Both the position numbers and the translations under genes were made by a program. From IMG/VR virus record IMGVR_UViG_3300034095_000847: a stretch of 64,000 nt of DNA; one strand, 5' to 3'. The notes below the pieces were generated by a model. That model did not search any database, had not been told where the DNA came from, and saw only the letters and a program-made list of their open reading frames with translations. Shown piece after piece: positions 18,513 to 28,167 of the stretch; positions within the stretch are counted from its first letter, which is position 1, and every line of letters starts with the position of its first letter. Source of the DNA: a virus.

Positions 18513-19196
18513 ATGAAAAGTTATAAAGAATTAAATGAGTCATTAGCAGATGAATTGATGAAAATGAAAGGTGCAAAACCTCGTGGTTCAGTAACTGATC
18601 AAAAAGCTGCAAGAGACGCTGTAATTGCTAAAAGAAAAGAAACTAATCCTAATCCGCCGGCGCTTGGAACTTCAAGTGACAAGTATAAGTTAGGAGGTTA
18701 TGATAAAAAGTCTAATCGTTCTTATAGTGAAGAAGTTGAAGAATTAGATGAAGTTTCTATGGCAACTTTAGATAGTTATCGCAAGAAATCGTTTGCAGAA
18801 CCTGGATTTAAAAGACAAGCTGGTAGAAAACTTGCTTATGATAAATCAAGTTCACACGGTGATTCTAAGGTTAAGTCTTCTGAAGAAATTGATGTAGCAA
18901 AATCTCAAATCAAAGATTTAATTAAACCTGAACATCATTCAAAGTATCCTATCTCTAAAATTACCAGTATGACCCATGGACGTAAAATTTATAGAGACGC
19001 AAGTGCTGCTGGTCATCTTAAAGAAGAAGTTGAATTGGATGAAAAAGAATTAACAGATATAGATGTTAAGCAAAAAGAAAAAGTTGTAAAGGGCATGAAG
19101 AAAAATCTTCAATCTTTTAAAGATAAGTATGGTGAAAGAGCAAAAGGTGTTATGCATGCAACTGCTACGAAAATTGCTCAAAAGATGCCTGATTGA
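18513..19196 (+). CDS. Putative internal head protein
   Basis: MKSYKELNE; repeated EEVEELDE protease-site-like motifs; highly charged. Confidence 0.6.
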   Translation: MKSYKELNESLADELMKMKGAKPRGSVTDQKAARDAVIAKRKETNPNPPALGTSSDKYKLGGYDKKSNRSYSEEVEELDEVSMATLDSYRKKSFAEPGFKRQAGRKLAYDKSSSHGDSKVKSSEEIDVAKSQIKDLIKPEHHSKYPISKITSMTHGRKIYRDASAAGHLKEEVELDEKELTDIDVKQKEKVVKGMKKNLQSFKDKYGERAKGVMHATATKIAQKMPD

Positions 19197-19200
19197 TCAA

Positions 19201-19208
19201 TATAAATA
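19201..19208 (+). promoter_or_regulatory. T4-type late promoter
   Basis: TATAAATA before the AAGGA SD. Confidence 0.8.
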
Positions 19209-19237
19209 ACTAATAAACTTAAAATAAGGAATAAAAA

Positions 19238-20032
19238 ATGTCACTTTGGGGAAATAGAGATTCATTCTCAATTACAGGTACAAGCGTTAGTGTAGTAAAT
19301 GGTTCACCTACTGTTACTAGCAATGGTGTTACACCAACTACTTTTTTAACAGACTTTGAAGAAGGTGATACAATTGTTATTGCCACAGTTAAATATAAAA
19401 TTTTTAAAGTTGATTCATCCACTGTATTAACTTTAGTTGTCAATTATGCTGGTTCTACTGCTACTGTGGTAAATGCAAACCTTAAAGGAGCAGATATTCC
19501 TAAGTATATTCATCAACAAGATTTACAATATGTATTTTTCTTAGATCAAACAGAAGCTCAACAAGAAGAAAATATAGTTAAAGGTTTAAATGAACCAGGT
19601 TGGTGGTTTTACAAAACATATACTGATGCTCAAGGTCAAGTTCGTAATAAAGCAGAACACTTGGTTGCATTTTCTGTATTACCTGCTGTATCAAGTGATG
19701 CTGCTGATGATGCTACCGTTGTTGATGGTACTATCACTATTACTTCACAGGGTTCTAATAGAACTATTGTTGCAGGATTACCAACAACATTTGTAGTTGC
19801 TGCTACATTAGTTGGTGGAACTACTTTGGCATATAAATGGCAAACCGCTACAGATGCTTTCCCAACTTATGCTGATTTAAGTAATTCAGGAGTATTCTCC
19901 GGTGTAACTTTAGCAACATTATCAATTAGTGATGTCACAGGATATGATGGTTATAGATTCCGATGTGTACTTAGTTCAGCTGGTTGCACAAGCAAAACAT
20001 CTACACCTAAAACATTGACTGTTACTGCATAA
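19238..20032 (+). CDS. Virion protein with C-terminal Ig-like domain
   Basis: LAYKWQ...LSISDV..YDGYRFRCVLS...LTV Ig signature. Confidence 0.7.
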   Translation: MSLWGNRDSFSITGTSVSVVNGSPTVTSNGVTPTTFLTDFEEGDTIVIATVKYKIFKVDSSTVLTLVVNYAGSTATVVNANLKGADIPKYIHQQDLQYVFFLDQTEAQQEENIVKGLNEPGWWFYKTYTDAQGQVRNKAEHLVAFSVLPAVSSDAADDATVVDGTITITSQGSNRTIVAGLPTTFVVAATLVGGTTLAYKWQTATDAFPTYADLSNSGVFSGVTLATLSISDVTGYDGYRFRCVLSSAGCTSKTSTPKTLTVTA

Positions 20033-20040
20033 TTAATATT

Positions 20041-20062
20041 GGGGAGTTAAGGCTCCCCTTTT
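20041..20062 (+). terminator. Rho-independent terminator
   Basis: GGGGAG-TTAAGG-CTCCCC followed by TTTT. Confidence 0.85.
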
Positions 20063-20065
20063 ATT

Positions 20066-20446
20066 ATGATTGAAATATTAAATAAAGATAATTTTATACT
20101 TTATTGTATGAAACATTATGATAATCCTCAATGTACTTCCATAAAGGAATTTGAAGAGGATTTGAATAGGGTTTTATATATTCAGAAATTATTGACAAGA
20201 TATATTAATAATAAAGATGAATTAAGAGAACGATTGATATTAAACCATTTTATCGTTCTCTTTAATTTATTTAATGATGCTACAGTAAATATATTGTTTT
20301 ATAAAATAGATACCGAATATTGGAATATATTGGTTACATTCCTAATTTATTTAAATAGGATGCCGGATACATTACCTCAATATGGTATTATCGCATCTGA
20401 TTATTTACTTGATGATTATATTGTTTCAAACTTAAGGAAAATTTAA
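20066..20446 (+). CDS. Conserved T4-like phage hypothetical protein
   Basis: NF.LY.MKHYDNPQC..EFEEDL..ERLILNH pattern. Confidence 0.7.
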   Translation: MIEILNKDNFILYCMKHYDNPQCTSIKEFEEDLNRVLYIQKLLTRYINNKDELRERLILNHFIVLFNLFNDATVNILFYKIDTEYWNILVTFLIYLNRMPDTLPQYGIIASDYLLDDYIVSNLRKI

Positions 20447-20988
20447 TGTCACGCATAGTTGATAATCTTATAGCTTTTAGAGTCCTCTCGATGCTTGTTA
20501 AACCATTTCCTGAAACAGAAGCATTCAAGTTTGGTATAATTGATAAAGCAGGTAAAAAAATAAGAGATCCTAAAACTGAAGAAGAAAAGGATTCTTACGA
20601 TTACCTAAGTCGATTGACATTCAATATGAAAAAATTGATAAATAAACTTCCTGGCGGAGATACTAAATTAAAAAATATAGTAGCTGCCTTGTTTTTAATC
20701 AAAGAACAATGGAATTCTAAATCTGAATTAGAGACTATTTCAGAACATGAGTTACAAAGAATTATAAACCTTAATGTTGTTCTTGCAGAAGAAACATTAC
20801 AGGTAAAGATGTTTGAAGATGGCGCTATTGTAGGTCAAGGGCAGGTTGTTGCTTCTACAGAACCAACTAATAAAACAACCGGTTTAGTATCAACACAAGA
20901 ACCAGTTATTAGAAAGAAAAGACCTCCTATTGTAAAAAGGCAATTAATGAAACAAATTGCTGTTGACATTAATCAAAAAACACTATGA
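20446..20988 (+). CDS. Conserved T4-like phage hypothetical protein
   Basis: AFKFGIIDK.GK pattern; coupled to the upstream ORF. Confidence 0.6.
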   Translation: MSRIVDNLIAFRVLSMLVKPFPETEAFKFGIIDKAGKKIRDPKTEEEKDSYDYLSRLTFNMKKLINKLPGGDTKLKNIVAALFLIKEQWNSKSELETISEHELQRIINLNVVLAEETLQVKMFEDGAIVGQGQVVASTEPTNKTTGLVSTQEPVIRKKRPPIVKRQLMKQIAVDINQKTL

Positions 20989-21578
20989 TGTTCTTATTAA
21001 ACTTCCTACCAGATTGGATATTTTATGCGTTAGCTTTTGCTGGTGGAGTAGGTACAATTTTAGTTATGGTATTTGGTGGTTTAATATCTTTACCGTATAA
21101 ATTAGGATTACAGATTTTATCTGCATTTCTATTAGTTGTAGGTATATTCTTTATTGGTGGTATGTCTAATGAAGCAGAATGGCAATTAAAAGTCAAACAG
21201 ATGGAAGCAGAAATTGCTAAGAAAGAACTTGAGGCAGAAAAGATTAGTCATGAAGTTGTAACTAAATATGTTGATAGAGTTAAAATTGTTGAAGGAAAAA
21301 CCCATGAAATTATTAAGAAAGTACCAATTTATATTACCAAAGAATCTGATGATAAGTGTACTATTAATAATGGGTTTGTCAGCCTGCACAACTCTGGTGC
21401 CAGTCAAACCAAAGTTCCCAACACCACCAGAGATGTTAATGAAGAAGCCTCCGATGTTAAACTCTCTGAGGTAGCAATAACAATTAGTAAAAATTACGGA
21501 ACGTACTATCAAGTAGTAGAACAATTAAAATCATTACAAGAATGGATTAGAAATCAAAAGGAATTGAGTGATGGTTAA
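20985..21578 (+). CDS. i-spanin (Rz-like)
   Basis: N-terminal TM helices, coiled coil, VPIYIT..DDKC..GFV.LH...NYG...EQL..LQEW Rz-family pattern. Confidence 0.75.
   Translation: MMFLLNFLPDWIFYALAFAGGVGTILVMVFGGLISLPYKLGLQILSAFLLVVGIFFIGGMSNEAEWQLKVKQMEAEIAKKELEAEKISHEVVTKYVDRVKIVEGKTHEIIKKVPIYITKESDDKCTINNGFVSLHNSGASQTKVPNTTRDVNEEASDVKLSEVAITISKNYGTYYQVVEQLKSLQEWIRNQKELSDG
21304..21474 (+). CDS. o-spanin (Rz1-like lipoprotein) embedded in the +1 frame of the i-spanin
   Basis: Signal peptide ending in lipobox LSAC, then Pro-rich VPVKPKFPTPP. Confidence 0.7.
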   Translation: MKLLRKYQFILPKNLMISVLLIMGLSACTTLVPVKPKFPTPPEMLMKKPPMLNSLR

Positions 21579-21972
21579 TGAACTAAAAACAGAAGTAGCA
21601 GTTCTGCAATCAGTAGTTTATAAAATAGATTCTGCCGTAGCTGAAATAGCAAAATCTTCTACCGAAGTGACAAGATTATTAGCAGTACATGATTCACGTA
21701 TAGGTAATTTAGAGTTTGGTAGTAGAGAAACTTCAACAGATGTTCGTGAATTGTATAAGAAAATGAATGAAAATACAAAGGAAATAGTTGAAAAACTAGA
21801 GGATATGGAAGAAAGAATAGAACTTAAGTTAAAGGAGCATTCAGATAAATCCGTATCCCAACATAAATCAATATCAGATAGGCTGACAGTATTAGAAAAC
21901 TGGAAATGGATGGTAGTAGGTAGTGCAGTAGCAGTAGGTTTTCTAATTAAACATTTTGATATATTCAAATAA
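21568..21972 (+). CDS. Coiled-coil protein with C-terminal TM (lysis-cassette associated)
   Basis: Heptad repeats, LENWKWMVVG TM tail. Confidence 0.55.
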   Translation: MMVNELKTEVAVLQSVVYKIDSAVAEIAKSSTEVTRLLAVHDSRIGNLEFGSRETSTDVRELYKKMNENTKEIVEKLEDMEERIELKLKEHSDKSVSQHKSISDRLTVLENWKWMVVGSAVAVGFLIKHFDIFK

Positions 21973-22121
21973 ACTAACTAGCATTAACCTTGAAAAACCT
22001 GGTATAACCAGTATATCACAAAAGTAAACAGTTGTAAACAGTAAAATAAAAATATATTTTAATGTACAAAATAACATCTACATGATATAATAACCCTATT
22101 AAACTAAATAGGTAATTCATT

Positions 22122-22442
22122 ATGATTGATATAGATGTTAAGTACGCGAATTTAATAATCCCCCAATTACAAAACGGTAAACAAAAATCTGAATTTGTTT
22201 GGAATTCAAGATGTTGTTTATGCGGTGATTCAAAAAAGAACCTCAAAAAAGCTCGATTATTCATCTATAAAAGATTTACAAGTCTATTTGTAAAATGTCA
22301 CAATTGTCAATACAGTGGTTCACTTGGATCTTTTTTAGAAAAGGTTAATGCAGAATTGTATAAATTATATGTTATAGAAAGATATAAAACTGGTAATGAT
22401 AAATTACCCCATACAGATATAGCAAAGGTGTTAAATTTATGA
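22122..22442 (+). CDS. 61: Stand-alone zinc-binding domain of gp61 primase (no TOPRIM domain)
   Basis: NSRCCLCGDSKKNLKKAR...KCHNC matches the gp61 N-terminus; stops at 106 aa. Confidence 0.8.
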   Translation: MIDIDVKYANLIIPQLQNGKQKSEFVWNSRCCLCGDSKKNLKKARLFIYKRFTSLFVKCHNCQYSGSLGSFLEKVNAELYKLYVIERYKTGNDKLPHTDIAKVLNL

Positions 22443-22639
22443 GCCCAGAGGCATTAGAAATAATACAAACAATAGGTGCATTCATTTTCGTATTAATAAT
22501 TCTTTTTAGTATACGGATTATCGCCGTAGTTATAGGTTTTATTATTACTATGTTTGTAGGTGCAGGTTCTATTGTTATAGTTGTTGCTGGTATAGTTGCA
22601 ATGATATATTTTGGGATACAGCATTTTATACCGGGATAA
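22439..22639 (+). CDS. Small membrane protein
   Basis: Two hydrophobic helices. Confidence 0.55.
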   Translation: MSPEALEIIQTIGAFIFVLIILFSIRIIAVVIGFIITMFVGAGSIVIVVAGIVAMIYFGIQHFIPG

Positions 22640-22655
22640 TTTAAAGGAGAAAATA

Positions 22656-23492
22656 ATGACGTGTGAAGTAAGAGTGATAGAGGATAGTTTAAATCCTCAT
22701 AATAAAATAAGATTAACTACAATGCAATTAAAATATTGGAGAGGTATTCATGCGGAATTCATGACCCACCGAGTATTTAGTCGCAATGCTTCTAGTTCTA
22801 GAGCAATACCTGTTTCAACATTTCTTAAACAAGTTTGGAATGATCCTGCGACACCTATTCATTGGGGTGCAAATCAACCAGGTATGAAAGCTCGTATTGA
22901 ATTAACTGGATTCAAGAAATGGTTTGCTCAGTTTATGTGGAAAACTTCAGGACGTATAGTATGTTCTTTAGTATGGATAACTAATAAAGTTAGTAGTCCA
23001 CATAAACAAGTATTCAACCGCTTGCTAGAACCATGGCAATATATATCTGTTATAGTAACATCTACTGAATGGGATAATTTCTTTGAATTAAGAAATCATC
23101 CAGATGCCCAACCTGAAATACAAGAATTAGCGAGAGAAATGAAAAATGCAATGGACAATTCTACTCCTGCAGAACGGGTTTTTCACCTTCCTTATATTAC
23201 TAATTCTGACTATATTGCTTTGGGACATGACAATACCACCGGAAGATTAATGGAAATATCTGCTGCAAGATGTGCAAGAGTATCATATTTTACTCATGAT
23301 AAACAGATACCTTCAATAGAAAAAGATTTAAAACTATTTAATGATCTTGTTGGATCAATACCATTACATGCTTCTCCAACAGAACATCAAGCTTCCGCTG
23401 CAACAACTGATTCATTTAATAAGAATTTTAAAGGATGGATCCAACATAGAGTTACTGTAGAAGCTAACATATATAATAAAGGAAATAAATAA
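22656..23492 (+). CDS. thyX: Flavin-dependent thymidylate synthase
   Basis: EFMTHRVFSRNASSSR, LR....AQ.EI, HASPTEHQ; AAGGAG SD before 22656. Confidence 0.9.
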   Translation: MTCEVRVIEDSLNPHNKIRLTTMQLKYWRGIHAEFMTHRVFSRNASSSRAIPVSTFLKQVWNDPATPIHWGANQPGMKARIELTGFKKWFAQFMWKTSGRIVCSLVWITNKVSSPHKQVFNRLLEPWQYISVIVTSTEWDNFFELRNHPDAQPEIQELAREMKNAMDNSTPAERVFHLPYITNSDYIALGHDNTTGRLMEISAARCARVSYFTHDKQIPSIEKDLKLFNDLVGSIPLHASPTEHQASAATTDSFNKNFKGWIQHRVTVEANIYNKGNK

Positions 23493-24484
23493 TGTCGATA
23501 AGACTGTTAGAGAAAAAGTCTACATATACAATAGACTACCCAACTGCAATAGAATTCGCAAAACAACAAGCAGAAATATTTTGGTTACCGGATGAAATTG
23601 AAGTAGAAAAAGACTTGCATGATTTAAAGACTAATTTCACAGAAGCAGAATACCATGGTGTTATATCTACCTTGAAATTGTTTACCATTTATGAATTATC
23701 AGTTGGTAATGATTATTGGCAGAATTATGTAGGTAAAATATTCCAAAGACCTGATATTCAAAGAATGGCTACAACCTTTGCATTTATGGAAATTGGAGTG
23801 CATGCTCCATTCTATAATAAGATTAATGAAATTCTAGGTTTAGATACTGATGAATTTTATAATGATTATTTGAACGATGAAGTTTTAAAGAATAGAATGG
23901 AATGGATAGGGAAACGAGTAGAAAAAAGAGATTCTGTATATAATATTCTTAAGTCGATAGGTATCTTTTCAATGATTGAGGGTGCTATATTATACAGTTC
24001 ATTTGCTTTTCTTAAACACTTCAATAATGTTGGCAAGAATAAACTTATAAACATTAATGCAGGTATTAACTTTTCTGCTATAGATGAAACACTACATAGT
24101 CAGGCAGGTGCATGGTTATTTAGGACTCTATTGAAAGAAGCACTTGACGTTGGAGCTATATCAGAAGAAGCATTATTAGAATTAAGAACTGAACTTGAAG
24201 ATACTACAAAAGTTATTCTCGAGCATGAAACAATTATTATAGATAAGATATTTGAAAAAGGACATATTAAAGGTATTACAGAAAATCAATTAAAAAACTT
24301 TGTTGAATCAAGACTAGATACATGTCTTAAAAATCTAGGGTATAAAATGATATTTAAACCGTCATATAATCCTATAGCAGATTGGTTCTATCGTGATTTA
24401 GAATCAAGCACATTACACGATTTCTTTTCATCCACTGGCAATGATTATAATAGAGCATGGTCAGAAGGCAAATTCCAATGGTAA
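23492..24484 (+). CDS. nrdB: Ribonucleotide reductase class I beta subunit
   Basis: FWLPDEI, E.GVH..FY, EG..LYSSF, DETLH, HDFF. Confidence 0.93.
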   Translation: MSIRLLEKKSTYTIDYPTAIEFAKQQAEIFWLPDEIEVEKDLHDLKTNFTEAEYHGVISTLKLFTIYELSVGNDYWQNYVGKIFQRPDIQRMATTFAFMEIGVHAPFYNKINEILGLDTDEFYNDYLNDEVLKNRMEWIGKRVEKRDSVYNILKSIGIFSMIEGAILYSSFAFLKHFNNVGKNKLININAGINFSAIDETLHSQAGAWLFRTLLKEALDVGAISEEALLELRTELEDTTKVILEHETIIIDKIFEKGHIKGITENQLKNFVESRLDTCLKNLGYKMIFKPSYNPIADWFYRDLESSTLHDFFSSTGNDYNRAWSEGKFQW

Positions 24485-24648
24485 CCGAGCAATTAAAAAT
24501 GATAGAAGACGCACAAGTAAGATATTTAAGAATGGAACTAGCAAAGGCAACTGATCCTAAAAGAAGACAAGAATTAAAAGAACAACTGGATAAGTTAGAT
24601 GAAGGTCTAGGCGAAATTAGTGAGAAACAAACTTTATTGGTGGAATGA
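24478..24648 (+). CDS. Small hypothetical protein between nrdB and nrdA
   Basis: Overlapping stop/start junctions on both sides. Confidence 0.5.
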   Translation: MVTEQLKMIEDAQVRYLRMELAKATDPKRRQELKEQLDKLDEGLGEISEKQTLLVE

Positions 24649-26354
24649 TGGTAAAATTTAAAAGTATATACGATGAATTAGGAGAAGAACGTAGACAACT
24701 CCAGTCTGAAGGCACATTACCTGAATGGGTAACAACACCCGCATATCAAATGTTAAAAGAGAATTATCTTTCAAAAGATTATCCAGATTTGAAATCTGTC
24801 TATACCCGCGTAGCTTCACATGCTGCAAGGTATACATCAAATCAAATATTATGGGAAAATAAGTTCTTTAATCTATTATGGAATGGTTACCTGGCGGCTT
24901 CTACTCCTGTATTATCTAATATGGGTACAGGAATTGGATGTCCAGTATCTTGTTCAGGTGGATTCCTTGAAGATTCTGTTTATTCATTTTACGGTGCTCA
25001 ACAAGAAGCTGCAGTTCTATCAAAAAATGGATTTGGTACATCCGGTTATCTAGGAGCAATCAGACCTAGAGGTGCTAAGATTGCCGGCATTAAAGGTGCT
25101 GCTTCCGGTGTATTGCCGGTATTTAAAGACTTTGTGCAAATGTCAAGAGATATTAGTCAAGGTTCTCAAAGACGAGGTGCTTGGGCAGGTTATATTGAAA
25201 TAGATCATAATGATTTTTATGAATTAGTTAACTATATTAATAAGAATCCAGATGATGCTAATATTGGTTGGAATATTTCAGATGCATTTATTGCTAGATT
25301 AGAAACAGGTGATAAAGATGCTATTGAGAGATACCAAAAAGCATTAAAGTTAAAGATGGTAACAGGTAAAGGATATTTTAATTTCATTGACAAAGTCAAT
25401 AAACAAAATCCACAGATGTATAAGGATTTAGGGTTGACTGTAAAGGCGAGTAATCTTTGCTCGGAAATTCAATTGATGTCTGATGAAGACCATACCTTTT
25501 CTTGTGTGTTATCTTCAATGAATGCTAGTCTTTATGATCAATGGAAAGATACTGATGCAGTATTTGTTGCAACTGTATTCCTAGATTGTGTAAATCAAGA
25601 CCTAATTGAGATTGGTACAAAAACACAAGGGATGGAAAAGGTAGTTCGTTTTGCTAAGAAAAGTAGAGCACTTGGTTTAGGTATGTTAGGATTCCATACT
25701 TACCTTCAGGATCATATGATTGCATTTGAATCAATGGATGCTTATTACAAGAATACTGAAATCTTTAAACATCTTCACGATGAAACATTAAGAGCAAGTC
25801 AATGGATGGCAAAAGAATGGGGAGAACCATTCTGGTGTAAAGGTTATGGTGTAAGAAATACACATAGAATTGCTATAGCACCTAATCTTAGTTCAGCATT
25901 GATATGTGGTTCTGTTAGTCAAGGAATTGAACCAATCTATAAGAATGCATATGTACAAAATACATCGGCAGGTAAAATGGAAAGAGTCAATCCATCTTTA
26001 TTAAAAGTAATGAAAGATAAAGATGTATATTCACAAGATACTATAAAAGATATTATTAGTCATAATGGTTCAGTACAACATGTTGAATGGTTGAATGAAG
26101 ATGAGAAATCAGTATTTAAAACTGCATTTGAAATTGACCAAAAACAAATTATTCGTTTAGCTTCAGGTAGACAAAGATATATAGATCAAGCACAATCTAT
26201 TAATTTGTTCTTTAGTGCTGATGAAAATGAAGAATATATTTCTGAAGTACATAAACTAGCATTTCTTGATCCATATATAAAGAGTCTATACTATATACGT
26301 AGTGAATCAGGAGTAAATGTTAGTAAAGGTGAATGTACTAGTTGTCATGGATAA
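24645..26354 (+). CDS. nrdA: Ribonucleotide reductase class I alpha subunit (short, no ATP cone)
   Basis: PVSC, SQG.QRRGA, ASNLCSEI, AIAPN, DQAQS, SLYY, CTSCHG. Confidence 0.95.
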   Translation: MMVKFKSIYDELGEERRQLQSEGTLPEWVTTPAYQMLKENYLSKDYPDLKSVYTRVASHAARYTSNQILWENKFFNLLWNGYLAASTPVLSNMGTGIGCPVSCSGGFLEDSVYSFYGAQQEAAVLSKNGFGTSGYLGAIRPRGAKIAGIKGAASGVLPVFKDFVQMSRDISQGSQRRGAWAGYIEIDHNDFYELVNYINKNPDDANIGWNISDAFIARLETGDKDAIERYQKALKLKMVTGKGYFNFIDKVNKQNPQMYKDLGLTVKASNLCSEIQLMSDEDHTFSCVLSSMNASLYDQWKDTDAVFVATVFLDCVNQDLIEIGTKTQGMEKVVRFAKKSRALGLGMLGFHTYLQDHMIAFESMDAYYKNTEIFKHLHDETLRASQWMAKEWGEPFWCKGYGVRNTHRIAIAPNLSSALICGSVSQGIEPIYKNAYVQNTSAGKMERVNPSLLKVMKDKDVYSQDTIKDIISHNGSVQHVEWLNEDEKSVFKTAFEIDQKQIIRLASGRQRYIDQAQSINLFFSADENEEYISEVHKLAFLDPYIKSLYYIRSESGVNVSKGECTSCHG

Positions 26355-26426
26355 ATAAAGTTTTACAAATTGTAAATTGGTTTACCATATTGTAAGCCAA
26401 TTAAATTAAATTAAATAAGGATAGAA

Positions 26427-26576
26427 ATGGCAACATCAAAAACATTTGAATGTAAATCATGTGAAACTGAAGGCAAAATAGTGATTATATCTAAAGATAT
26501 AAGTTTAGAAGAAATTGTATATTGTCCAGTATGTGGAGCAGATATATTAGAAGACGACACGGATGACTATTATTAA
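26427..26576 (+). CDS. Small zinc-ribbon protein (49 aa)
   Basis: CKSC...CPVCG; AAGGA SD. Confidence 0.7.
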   Translation: MATSKTFECKSCETEGKIVIISKDISLEEIVYCPVCGADILEDDTDDYY

Positions 26577-27019
26577 TGACTTGGTATTACAAGGATGTTG
26601 AGATAACTGAGTTACCTGATAATTGTATAGGTTTTGTATATTTAATAACTTGTATACCTTCAGGTCGTAAATATATAGGCAAGAAATCCGCTAAGTTTTC
26701 AAAAACAAAAACAAAAACTATTACTTTAAAGACCGGCGAAAAGAAAAAGAAGAAGATTAAATCAAAGGTAGATTCAGATTGGCTAGATTATTATGGATCT
26801 AGTATTGAACTATCTTTGGATGTATCTACATTAGGTCAAGATAAATTCAAACGCGAAATAATATATTTCTGCTCATCAAAAGCTGCATGTTCTTATTTAG
26901 AAGCAAAGGAACAAATTCTTCGCAATGTATTAGAATCAAATGATTATTATAATAATAATATAATGATTCGTGTGCATGGTAATCATATACGAGATAAAGT
27001 CCTTATTATTTCTCCCTAG
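26576..27019 (+). CDS. GIY-YIG endonuclease (DenA/EndoII-like)
   Basis: GFVY...YIGKK, E...YYNNNI. Confidence 0.8.
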   Translation: MTWYYKDVEITELPDNCIGFVYLITCIPSGRKYIGKKSAKFSKTKTKTITLKTGEKKKKKIKSKVDSDWLDYYGSSIELSLDVSTLGQDKFKREIIYFCSSKAACSYLEAKEQILRNVLESNDYYNNNIMIRVHGNHIRDKVLIISP

Positions 27020-27044
27020 GAAACAGTCTATTTCCTTATTGGTT

Positions 27045-27123
27045 AAAAATAAACGTTTACAATAATGTAAACTAATATATAATAGACTCATAAATTAAAT
27101 AAATGAGGAAATTATATATTATG
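27045..27123 (+). promoter_or_regulatory. PeSL-like early promoter cassette
   Basis: AAACGTTTAC..TATAATAGACTCATAAATTAAATAAATGAGG. Confidence 0.85.
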
Positions 27124-27288
27124 AAATACAGAGTAGATATTCAATTAAAACCAAAAGGAACATTTTCAGTACTAGATATTATCGCAGGTAATAAAGCAAA
27201 AGCAATTGCTTTAGCAATGGAAAATGTTATAGATTGTGGTTATACACTTTCTGATTTTAAGAAAGTTAATGTGAAAGAGGTTAAATAA
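27121..27288 (+). CDS. Small early hypothetical protein
   Basis: ATG follows the cassette SD. Confidence 0.6.
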   Translation: MKYRVDIQLKPKGTFSVLDIIAGNKAKAIALAMENVIDCGYTLSDFKKVNVKEVK

Positions 27289-27501
27289 CTATGTTAGAAT
27301 TTGTGCAGTATTTTGTTGTAATTGCGTGTGTAATGGGTTTAGCAACATTAACGCTAGTCGATATTTGCGATTGGTTTTCAAATAGATTAGAGAGGTTCAA
27401 AAAATGAGAAGTCCAGTAGCAAAAGCATTAAGAACTCCAAGGTTCAAGATGCAAATTGTGAAATCCAAAAAACTTTATAGTAGAAAAGGTGTAAAAATAT
27501 C

Positions 27502-27684
27502 ATGAAATTAACAGCGACATTAGTATTGGTTTTAATAGTATTATTATCAATTGCACCTATATCATTAATATGGGCATTGAATACCTTGTTTCCAAGTTTA
27601 GCAATAGAATCATCACTTGAAAATTACCTTGCAGCATTGGTACTAATTTTAATTTTTAAACAATCAACAACATCAGGAAAATAA
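27502..27684 (+). CDS. Small membrane protein
   Basis: Two TM segments, IWALNTLFP. Confidence 0.55.
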   Translation: MKLTATLVLVLIVLLSIAPISLIWALNTLFPSLAIESSLENYLAALVLILIFKQSTTSGK

Positions 27685-27685
27685 T

Positions 27686-27946
27686 ATGACATTAGTAGTG
27701 AGCAATCCGGTCGACAAGAAAAAAATCAAAGATGCTTTATTTGAGATTAGCAATTCCTTTACTAGAATTGACGCTGAAAAGGAACTCATTAAAGATATAG
27801 TTGAAGATTTGGCTGATAAATTTGAGTTACCTAAGAAACATATCAACAAAATTGCAAGAGCATATCATAAGCAAAACTATAATGAGCAAGTAACTGACTC
27901 TGAAGAATTTCAACATCTTTATGAGTCTTTACTTGAGACCGAATGA
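27686..27946 (+). CDS. dsbA: Double-stranded DNA-binding protein DsbA
   Basis: IKDAL.EIS....I....ELIKDI....F......INK.A..YHKQ matches the T4 DsbA family. Confidence 0.75.
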   Translation: MTLVVSNPVDKKKIKDALFEISNSFTRIDAEKELIKDIVEDLADKFELPKKHINKIARAYHKQNYNEQVTDSEEFQHLYESLLETE

Positions 27947-28167
27947 TCTCTAATGTATTGATTCTATTTAATAAAATAAAAATAATCAGTTAGGCGCACA
28001 CTTTTTTATTTTAAGGGTGATAGGATTAGCATAAAGTGAAAAAAGCCCACTTTTTAATAAAAAAAGTATAATATAATCAATTACTTAAAAGTGCACTTTT
28101 TACACTTGGTAACTATTTACTTTTTTCAGCTTTTGATATATAATGGTACTTTGAAATTGGAGCAATT

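Noticed and set aside
23492-26354. Introns or inteins in nrdB/nrdA
   Set aside because: Both frames are continuous and compact with all motifs present
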